A stretch of DNA of 51,660 nt from an uncultured Candidatus Saccharibacteria bacterium (GCA_964368565.1 CAYJAC010000001.1:30571-82230); one strand, 5' to 3'; shown: positions 1-6,930, counted from the stretch's first letter. Numbers and translations are program-made. Notes: a model not told the origin generated them from the sequence alone.

Positions 1-372
1 GGCCCCATTAAACTCGTACTTATGAATCACGAAGTACTGTCAGGTATTGGCAACATCTATTCCGACGAGATACTGTGGCGCGCAGACATTCACCCTTTAG
101 AAAAAATAAAGAATGTGCCGAACGCAAAGTGGTCCCTCGTATACAGGGCAATGATCGAGACTTTAAACAAGGGCATCGACTTTGGCGGTGATTCAATGTC
201 AGACTATCGCAACATCAAGGGCGAGCGCGGAGAATTCCAAGATAAACACAATGCGTATAGAAAAACAGGCACCGCGTGTAAAAAATCTGGGTGCAAAGGC
301 ACGATTATACGAATAAAGATGGGCGGTCGCGGTGCACACTTCTGCGACACACACCAGAAGTTGAGCAAGTAA
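1..372 (+). CDS. mutM: Formamidopyrimidine-DNA glycosylase (Fpg/MutM/Nei family), C-terminal part; the 5' end lies outside the window
   Basis: The frame is open from base 1. It has an H2TH-like 'LSGIGNIYSDEILW' followed by a C-terminal zinc-finger-like 'CKKSGCKG...FCDTHQ'. Stop at 370-372. Confidence 0.8.
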   Translation, partial: GPIKLVLMNHEVLSGIGNIYSDEILWRADIHPLEKIKNVPNAKWSLVYRAMIETLNKGIDFGGDSMSDYRNIKGERGEFQDKHNAYRKTGTACKKSGCKGTIIRIKMGGRGAHFCDTHQKLSK

Positions 373-415
373 TATCTAATTTGAAATAAGAATCAGTATA
401 TCTTTGAAAGAATAA

Positions 416-560
416 TTTCCTCCTTGAAGCTTCTGTGAGGCCCCGCAGGCGCGAGGCTTGGCGGCGTCAAAGGTCTGTCCTTGACGCCTGAGCGCCGAGG
501 ACGGAACGAGCCCTTCGCAGGAGAGGGCGAAGTGGTCGAGCAGAAGCTTCAAGGAGGAAA
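416..560. repeat. GC-rich nested palindromic element (copy a)
   Basis: A perfect 20-bp outer stem (tttcctccttgaagcttctg at 416-435 / cagaagcttcaaggaggaaa at 541-560) encloses a GC-rich interior with internal hairpins, e.g. ggcgtcaa 463-470 / ttgacgcc 481-488. Confidence 0.6.
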
Positions 561-598
561 GCTTGATACTTTCAAGACTCTAGCTGATACTTATCTTC

Positions 599-1570
599 AT
601 GGACATACTCAAGGGAATCTACAAGGAATTTGACTGGTTTATATGGAGCCTCGTCGGCCTAGCTTTTATTTGGTACTTCACCGGCGGAACCCAAAACCCA
701 GATGCACGGGCAGGAGCATATCTAAAGCCTCCCGCCCCTCTCGACAGCGGCGAGGCCTACGGAAAATACTATGCTGGATCAGACGGCTACGGAGAAACAA
801 AGCTCGATCTACCAGACTATCCGAGTGTCTTCTTGCGAAATGCTTCAAGTGAGCTTTCTACCTTCTTCATCAGTACAAAACCTGTGCAGAAATCGCCGGT
901 CGCTTCCTCAGTATTCGCAAAGAGCCTTGCCTTTGATGGTATTGCCGGCCCAAAAAGAGAGCTGACCGAAGAATACGTCCGCATCGTCGCAAACGAGAAA
1001 GCAACGACAAATATCGCCATCTCAGGATTTACTCTTGCTGGTGAGGTCTTGAAATCGAGCGTTGATGTTCCAAAAGCCGTCAACTCGCTGATACTTGGTA
1101 CAGCAGGAACAAAAACCGACATCATACTTACACCGGGCGGACGGGCCCTCGTATCATCTGATCGTTCTCCTGTCGGAACGTCATTCCGCGCAAATATGTG
1201 TACGGGCTACCTTGACCAGTTCCAAACATATACACCCGCGCTTATTGATGAGTGTCCCGAGCCGGTTGAAGAACTTGTCCGCGTGGGCCTCGACAAGGAC
1301 CAGACGTGTGTGGATTTTGTAGAGACACTTCCCCGTTGCCGAATATACCAAGGCACTTACCCTTCTGATGTGTCTGCTTCATGCAAAGCTTTTGTTGTGA
1401 ACAAACTTAACTACAATGCCTGTGCCCTCGATCACAAGAATGATACAGACTTCCTCAAGAACGAATGGCGTGTCTTCCTCGACCAACCTCGAGAGCTATG
1501 GAGCGACAAAAGCGACATCATCCGCCTCATCGATACTAATGGAAAGACGGTGAATGCCCTGGTGTACTAG
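599..1570 (+). CDS. Hypothetical membrane-anchored protein with a Cys-containing C-terminal domain
   Basis: 323-aa ORF with an N-terminal hydrophobic segment 'FDWFIWSLVGLAFIWYF'. I recognised no catalytic motif. Confidence 0.55.
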   Translation: MDILKGIYKEFDWFIWSLVGLAFIWYFTGGTQNPDARAGAYLKPPAPLDSGEAYGKYYAGSDGYGETKLDLPDYPSVFLRNASSELSTFFISTKPVQKSPVASSVFAKSLAFDGIAGPKRELTEEYVRIVANEKATTNIAISGFTLAGEVLKSSVDVPKAVNSLILGTAGTKTDIILTPGGRALVSSDRSPVGTSFRANMCTGYLDQFQTYTPALIDECPEPVEELVRVGLDKDQTCVDFVETLPRCRIYQGTYPSDVSASCKAFVVNKLNYNACALDHKNDTDFLKNEWRVFLDQPRELWSDKSDIIRLIDTNGKTVNALVY

Positions 1571-1581
1571 ATCCCTCTAGT

Positions 1582-2055
1582 CTATTTATCAAACCAGCGG
1601 AAAAGGACAATTCCTGCGGAGACAGAGACGTTGAGCGATTCTTTACGGCCTCGCATGGGGATTTCCGCGATCACGTCGGCCTTTTTCAATATAGATTTGG
1701 AGACTCCCGAAACTTCGTTGCCAAGGATGACTAGGACTTTCTTGCTCAGTTTGGCTTTTTTGTAATCTACCGAGTCAGCGGACTGCTCGATGCAGACAAT
1801 CTGTGTCCCCTCTTTCTTTAGGCGACTGATGAGTGCCGTTGGTGATTTAGCATATTCCCAAGCGATGGTTTTTTCAGATCCCAGAGCACATTTTGCAAAG
1901 TCGAGACGAGGTTGGTTAAAACGATCAAGTGGTGTTGGAGTGATGCCCGTCAGATAGATCTTGGAAATGCCGATCGCGTCCGCGGTGCGAAAAATAGCGC
2001 CTACGTTATAGACGGAACGGATGTCATGGAGGAGGATGGAGACCTGTCGTTTCAT
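1582..2055 (-). CDS. SpoU/TrmH-family RNA 2'-O-methyltransferase
   Basis: 157 aa with SPOUT motifs 'VYNVGAIFRTADA', 'LVILGNEVSGVS' and 'IPMRGRKESLNVSVSAGIVL'. Confidence 0.85.
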   Translation of the reverse strand: MKRQVSILLHDIRSVYNVGAIFRTADAIGISKIYLTGITPTPLDRFNQPRLDFAKCALGSEKTIAWEYAKSPTALISRLKKEGTQIVCIEQSADSVDYKKAKLSKKVLVILGNEVSGVSKSILKKADVIAEIPMRGRKESLNVSVSAGIVLFRWFDK

Positions 2056-2102
2056 ATACCGTAATACTACTTAAGTGTAGGAAAATAGCACGCTTGTCGT
2101 CA

Positions 2103-2227
2103 CGACTCGAATCGGCTCGTCAGCCGATTCGGTCGCGACCCCGCCTCGCCATTTTTCGAAGCGAAAAATATGGCTGCGGCTCGGACAAGCTAAAACCGCA
2201 GATAAATCTGCGGTTTTAGCTTGTCCC
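2103..2227. repeat. Three tandem hairpins at the left edge of the accessory block
   Basis: H1: gtcacgactcgaatcggct / agccgattcggtcgcgac, about 2103-2141. H2: gccatttttcg / cgaaaaatatggc, about 2150-2178. H3: perfect 19-bp stem ggacaagctaaaaccgcag / ctgcggttttagcttgtcc, 2184-2227. Confidence 0.5.
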
Positions 2228-2482
2228 CCGAAGCGGTCTCGGAAATTGTAAAGTGAGATGTCATAAGGATGCTTTGGATTATGTATGCGAGCGGCCGATG
2301 AGGCAAGTCGGTCGGGGTCAATCGGACAAAATATTGCAAAAGTGACAGAGGAACGGGGGTTTTGAGACTGTCACATTCATGTCTCATTCATTCCAAAATA
2401 TGGCTATATTCCGTGCAAACGAGACAAATGAGACACTCCTAGGACATGTTTTGACCGTGTCTCGTTTACAAGAAAAAACGGG

Positions 2483-2809
2483 CTATTCTTCCATTCTTTT
2501 TTTGTCCTTTTTCAAGCTCTCCTCATATTCCAGTAACTTTTCCGCAGGAGACAATCCGCCGAGCGGTTTATGCGGAAAATAGTTCCAAGCATCCGTTACA
2601 GTTTCGATGATATTACTCAGATTTTCCGGTTTGCCGTCATCAAACATGGCGATAGCCTTTTGCATGTCATCGCTGTCTTCCTCGTTGTAGATGACTTCTT
2701 TGACATCATCGAGCGTAAAGTCGCTGTCCGTTTCGTCGAGCAGCTCGTTAATATCCGCCTCGATTTTCATGCGGCGTTCCTTGATTTCTGATATTGATTG
2801 AGGATGCAT
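2483..2809 (-). CDS. Small acidic hypothetical protein encoded 6 nt downstream of the DGR RT (candidate DGR accessory gene)
   Basis: 108-aa ORF whose ATG (2807-2809) is 6 nt after the RT stop, on the same strand. It is Asp/Glu-rich, and the C-terminal 'WNYFPHKPLGGLSPAE' resembles the C-terminal motif of rve-type integrases (weak). Confidence 0.5.
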   Translation of the reverse strand: MHPQSISEIKERRMKIEADINELLDETDSDFTLDDVKEVIYNEEDSDDMQKAIAMFDDGKPENLSNIIETVTDAWNYFPHKPLGGLSPAEKLLEYEESLKKDKKRMEE

Positions 2810-2815
2810 GCAAGG

Positions 2816-3829
2816 TTATTTTAACATAACTATTTCTCTGATTTTCTCCGCGAGCTTATATGAATTTCCATGGTTGATAAGACCAAGATAGGACTGGACA
2901 GATTGCGACTTTTCCTTATTTCGTAATACGCCGTTCATCATCCTCTTTCTCGTCGTTGTTCGGAGTACTCGGTGATCGGGAAAATGTACCCAGCCCAAAA
3001 AATCCACACCTGAAGCGAATGTCTTTATGAATACCTTGTCGGGATGTAAAGAGAGTTTTAACCTTTCTTTGAGAAAACCTGATATCTGAGAAATAAGAGC
3101 CTCGACAGATGCCTTATCCGGTAAAAGAATCGCAAAGTCGTCCGCGTACCGAATATAATATTTCGTCTTCAGTCTATGTTTAGCGAATTGATCGAACTCG
3201 TTCATGTATATATTCACGAGCAGTTGCGAAGTAAGATTGCCGAGCGGCAAGCCGATGCCGAATTTTGTCGAGTAAAAACTTCCACTTATTTCGTATAGAA
3301 GTCCCATAATGTCAGGGTCAGGAATATATCCCTCAAGGATATGAAAGAGCGTCTGTTGGTCTATCGACGCAAAGAATTTCCGTATATCGCATTTCAAAAC
3401 CCACGCTGTCTTTGTCCTATTCTTTGAAACCTTATATCCAAATGCGCGGAATCGTCGTATCGCCCGATGCGATCCCTTCCTCATCCGGCAGGAGTATGAA
3501 TCAGTGATAAAAGTCCGGTCGAAAAATGGGTAGAGTTTTCTATAGAGCGTGTGATGTAAGAGTCTATCCCGTACACTTGCCTTGTGGATATCGCGCGGTT
3601 TCGGATCGTTTATTTTAAAAGCCTCATACGAAGCGTGCCTGTATGATTTAGCAGCGAGGTCTTCGTGGAGAGATATAACGTTCCTCATCAGATCCCGCTC
3701 AAATTCAAGTACGTCTTTCTTCTTGCGTTTACCTGTCCTGAATTCTTTCCAGGCTAACAGAAGATTTTCTAGAGAGATGATATCCTTGTAGGCATGAACA
3801 CATTGAATACGACCCGAACTTTGAGGCAA
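2816..3829 (-). CDS. Diversity-generating retroelement reverse transcriptase
   Basis: 337 aa. It has 'DPKPRDIHKASVRDRLLHH', a DGR-type motif 4 'LGNLTSQ' (I/LGxxxSQ) and the catalytic 'YADD'. It lacks group II maturase/En domains, and a TR/VR pair is adjacent. The predicted start is TTG, so the exact start is uncertain. Confidence 0.9.
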   Translation of the reverse strand: MPQSSGRIQCVHAYKDIISLENLLLAWKEFRTGKRKKKDVLEFERDLMRNVISLHEDLAAKSYRHASYEAFKINDPKPRDIHKASVRDRLLHHTLYRKLYPFFDRTFITDSYSCRMRKGSHRAIRRFRAFGYKVSKNRTKTAWVLKCDIRKFFASIDQQTLFHILEGYIPDPDIMGLLYEISGSFYSTKFGIGLPLGNLTSQLLVNIYMNEFDQFAKHRLKTKYYIRYADDFAILLPDKASVEALISQISGFLKERLKLSLHPDKVFIKTFASGVDFLGWVHFPDHRVLRTTTRKRMMNGVLRNKEKSQSVQSYLGLINHGNSYKLAEKIREIVMLK

Positions 3830-3830
3830 G

Positions 3831-3840
3831 CCCCCCCCCC
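3831..3840. repeat. C10 (G10 on the minus strand) homopolymer between the divergent RT and avd starts
   Basis: Read directly: 'ggcaag cccccccccc aacgg'. It occupies half of the 20-bp gap between 3829 and 3850. Confidence 0.9.
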
Positions 3841-3849
3841 AACGGAATT

Positions 3850-4212
3850 TTGCCCGTTATACACAAGATCAAACAGGCTTATTTGCTGTGGCATGGATTT
3901 TGTAGCGAGCTGCCGAAACAAGACAGATATTCGTTGGGTTTTCGCATAGATTCGTTGTTCGTGGAAGCAATCGAGGCCATCGCTGCCGCCAGTTTCTTGT
4001 CGCCCCAAGAAAAGCATCCGTACGTTCGCCTCGCCATACGCAAGCTCGACGCGCTCAAGGTACTGCTCATGATTCTTTGGGAGACAAAATCGCTCGACGA
4101 CAAGAAGTATATCGCATTATCGGTAAGCCTCGATGAAATCGGCAGAAATTTGGGCGGTTGGAGCGGGCAACTGACCAAACAAAACTCCCCAGCCAAAGCC
4201 GAGGAGAAATGA
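3850..4212 (+). CDS. avd: Avd-like four-helix-bundle protein (23S rRNA intervening-sequence protein family), DGR accessory variability determinant
   Basis: 120 aa. 'ELPKQDRYSLGFRIDSL...EAI..A' and the C-terminal 'EIGRNLGGW' are typical of the family. It lies next to RT and TR, but on the opposite strand. The start is TTG. Confidence 0.75.
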   Translation: MPVIHKIKQAYLLWHGFCSELPKQDRYSLGFRIDSLFVEAIEAIAAASFLSPQEKHPYVRLAIRKLDALKVLLMILWETKSLDDKKYIALSVSLDEIGRNLGGWSGQLTKQNSPAKAEEK

Positions 4213-4217
4213 GCGAG

Positions 4218-4342
4218 TTGCGTGACGGAGAGCCGGGTTGTTGCCATTCCAGTCGTTGTCCAACCAGTTCCAGTTGAGGACAACCTTGCCGCCGTTCTCG
4301 TAGAGATACGGGACGTTGAGGTTGCCGTCGCGGTTCTGCACG
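4218..4342 (-). repeat. DGR template repeat (TR)
   Basis: 125 bp matching 4678-4802 at a constant offset of 460. It is the adenine-rich copy (32 coding-strand A; reading frame rich in AAC/AAT Asn codons: 'NLNVPYLYENGGKVVLNWNWLDNDWNGNN'). Confidence 0.9.
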
Positions 4343-4594
4343 TTATGTGCGCGATGCCTTCCATGCCACCACCCCTTGAATGCTCTCAGGGCTGAATCGT
4401 ATTCGGCATCATAATGCCTTAGCATTGCGCACCAAGTAGCTTCATTTTTGAAGTGTCTGCATATGCCCTCCGTCCGAAACCGTGGCCGCAGACGCTCTCA
4501 GCATATGGATACTAGTTTCGGCCGCGGGAAGCCGTAACCGCCCGCAGATTCGCCTACTACCGGAGTCATCATATCAAATTTCACGTAAAAATTT

Positions 4595-4625
4595 AGCCCG
4601 GACATCGCTTGCGCGACGCCGGGCT
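4595..4625 (-). promoter_or_regulatory. GC-rich hairpin with a GCAA (GNRA) loop downstream of VR
   Basis: The stem is agcccgg / ccgggct (7 bp) plus an inner tcgc / gcga. The loop is ttgc on the plus strand, which reads GCAA on the coding strand. It lies 52 nt 3' of the VR end. Confidence 0.45.
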
Positions 4626-4672
4626 AAGAACTAAGTACAAAGAGCTAATGCTCAGTGTCTTAGGTATGAGAA

Positions 4673-5314
4673 CTAACTTGCGTGACGGAGAGCCGGGTAG
4701 AAGCCATCCCAGTCGCGGTCCAACCAGCCCCAGTCGAGGACAACCTCGCCGCCGTCCTCGTCGAGAAACGGGACGCTGAGGTCGCCGCCGCGGCTCTGCA
4801 CGACCGAAGCCCAACCGAAAGGCACTTTGCCCTTGAGGTATTTCCGGAAAAAGACGATTCCTTTCTTCTGGATTTCCTCTAGGTCGCGCAGTCCGAGACA
4901 GGTCTTGAGAAGTTTGTTGTCCTCCTCCTTGAGCTTGGCATAGACCCTGTTGCCCGTGGTCCAGTTGCCGTTCTTCTGGCCTTCGTGGAGCCACTGATCG
5001 ATTGAGCTCGCGTCGTATTCGGTCGGGCCAACATTCTCCAGTTCGGGATGAATGACTTTCTTCATCCAATCTGGGTAGATCGGCTTGACCGAGCGATCGA
5101 CACGAATGATCGAGTCGATCATGGGTTCCGGCTCAGGGATGGAAACGGGTTTAACCTTGACGGTCAACTCCGCCTCGCCCCGTGCGAGCAGGATGACTGA
5201 TTTGAGGTTCTCTCCGGTCGAGAGCCAGTCCAGGTCGGACGTGATTCCATCATTGCGCTGAAACGCAAACTCGAGCTTTTGGCCGGCGCCCTGACTCATT
5301 GCGAACGTATTCAT
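4673..5314 (-). CDS. DGR target (variable) protein; the C-terminal 41 codons are the VR
   Basis: Intact 213-aa ORF with no obvious signal peptide or TM segment. It ends '...VQSRGGDLSVPFLDEDGGEVVLDWGWLDRDWDGFYPALRHAS'. Confidence 0.85.
   Translation of the reverse strand: MNTFAMSQGAGQKLEFAFQRNDGITSDLDWLSTGENLKSVILLARGEAELTVKVKPVSIPEPEPMIDSIIRVDRSVKPIYPDWMKKVIHPELENVGPTEYDASSIDQWLHEGQKNGNWTTGNRVYAKLKEEDNKLLKTCLGLRDLEEIQKKGIVFFRKYLKGKVPFGWASVVQSRGGDLSVPFLDEDGGEVVLDWGWLDRDWDGFYPALRHAS
4678..4802 (-). repeat. DGR variable repeat (VR)
   Basis: There are 17 mismatches to TR. Sixteen fall where TR has a coding-strand A, none at G or C, and one at a T (4762 vs 4302). Confidence 0.9.
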
Positions 5315-5607
5315 GGTATTTTACTTTCCCTAATATGAGCGAGCTCCGTCGGAGCATGCTCGATTGGTTATGCTTGAATACCGGAGTGGTAGTCATAGCC
5401 AGGAAGCGCCGAAAATCAGCACCTTTTGGCTATGACTGCCCGCAAGTTGTATCAATGAGCTTACGTAAATATTATATACCCTAAAACAACATCTGTCAAG
5501 GGTGTTTGCGGTACAATTTAGTGGCCTAAAACATGGCTATTTAGAAAAATAGCTTACCAACACCTCCCTCCTTGACTCCCTAGAGGGTCTGCGTCATCCC
5601 TGTATGT

Positions 5608-6930
5608 ATGAACAACAATACGATACAAGCGCCTTTGGGAACTCCGGCCAAAATAGTAGTCCCAGTAAAGATGAAATACTGCCTGTACGCGAGGAAATCA
5701 ACGGAATCGGAGGAACAGCAAGTGCTCTCCATCGACTCGCAGATCAAGGAAATGCTCCGCCTGGCCGAGAGCGAAAAACTCGACATAACGGAGATAAAGA
5801 AAGAGTCACATTCTGCCAAGGAGACTGGGCAGAGGCCAGTATTCAATAAGATAGTCGAAGAGATAAAATCAGGAAAGTTCAACGGCATACTCACATGGGC
5901 ACCAGACCGCATATCGAGAAATGCGGGTGATCTTGGCAGAATCGTCGACCTCATGGACGTGGGTAAGCTCATAGAAATCAGGACGTACGGGTAAAGATTT
6001 ACCGATAATCCTAATGAGAAGTTTCTCCTCATGATTCTTGGTTCTCAGGCCAAGCTCGAAAACGATAATCGTCGTATCAATGTGAAGCGAGGCCTCCGAG
6101 TCAGAGTCGAGATGGGCCTCTAGCCATGCGTAGCGCCAACAGGATACATTAACTCAAAGAATAAGGATGAATGCTGTCAGATTAAGATAGACCCCAAGAG
6201 AGGGCCGATAATTCAACAAATATTCCATAAGGTGGCATACGGCAGATACAGCGGTAGGAAAATCTACTCATGGCTCAAAGATGATATACATTTCAAATCG
6301 AGATATGAGAAACCCCTCACCCTTTCTAATGTATACCTCATACTCCGCAACCATTTCTACTACGGTACGTTCGAATACCCACGAAGAAGTGGTAATTGGT
6401 ATCAGGGCAAACACGAGCCACTCATAACTAAAGAGGTTTTCGATAAAGTACAGGAGAGCATAAGCCAGCACATAATTCGGGTGGAGAGCAAAGAATTTGC
6501 CTTCACCAAACTCATGACCTGCGGCCTCTGTGGTTCAGGCATAACAGCTGATGAGAAGTTTAAGAAGCAGAAAAACGGCAATATCCATCGATATGTGTAT
6601 TACAGTTGCACCAAACACAATGACAAGGCATGCACGGGTGGCTATATATCCGAAGAAGCTCTCATAGAACAGCTTGCTGCCGTGGCCGACACAATCGACC
6701 TCAATGAGATCGGTATGAAAGAGAAAATCAAAACGGAAATCGAACGGAACAAGAAATTCCAGTCAGCGATGCTCGGCGTGAAAACCAAAGCGGTTAAAGT
6801 TGAAGATATCGATATACGAAATTACGCAAAGTATGTTTTACGGGAAGGAGCGATGGTGGAAAAACGGGAGCTATTGGGGTGCTTGAAAAGCAAAATCCTG
6901 CTTGCAAACAAAAAGATTAGTCTCACCTAA
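5608..6930 (+). pseudogene. Large serine recombinase (resolvase domain + recombinase domain + zinc ribbon) interrupted by two in-frame stop codons
   Basis: ORFs 5608-5994 and 6232-6930 are in the same frame. The connecting segment translates as recombinase sequence ('RFTDNPNEKFLLMILGSQAKLENDNRRINVKRGLRVRVEMGL*PCVAPTGY'), with TAA at 5992-5994 and TAG at 6121-6123. The catalytic 'YARKSTESEEQ' and zinc-ribbon 'CGLCGS...YYSCTKH' are present. Confidence 0.8.

Noticed and set aside
2056-2482. A direct repeat of the tRNA-Lys 3' end marking the far att site of the island.
   Set aside because: I looked for the tRNA T-arm/acceptor sequence (tccgcccagttggaatcgaacc on the plus strand) near the left edge and did not find it. 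The island boundaries therefore remain unproven.
2816-3829. The RT as a group II intron maturase or a retron RT.
   Set aside because: Motif 4 is the DGR-type LGNLTSQ. There is no domain X/En region and no intron-like RNA domains flank it. I saw no msr/msd-like inverted repeats, and a TR/VR pair with adenine-specific mismatches is adjacent.
3769-4364. Minus-strand ORFs 3769-4017 and 3879-4364; also the idea that slippage in the G10 tract fuses an upstream frame to the RT.
   Set aside because: Both are antisense shadows of the Avd-like gene. Their composition is not protein-like (Arg/Ser/Thr-rich), and the fused product would add no recognisable RT sequence.
4117-4425. A 102-aa minus-strand ORF covering the TR, as a possible second target or paralogous gene.
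   Set aside because: It is the TR read in frame: Asn-rich 'NWNWLDNDWNGNN'. It runs on into antisense avd sequence. The part outside the 125-bp repeat shows no convincing similarity to the target, and there is no sign of a full-length protein. I treat it as the non-coding template.
5992-6123. In-frame TAA/TAG in the recombinase as evidence for an alternative genetic code or programmed readthrough.
   Set aside because: All other long ORFs in the window read cleanly with the standard bacterial code and end at ordinary stops (including TGA, TAA and TAG). Only this gene is affected, so pseudogenisation or an assembly polymorphism is simpler.
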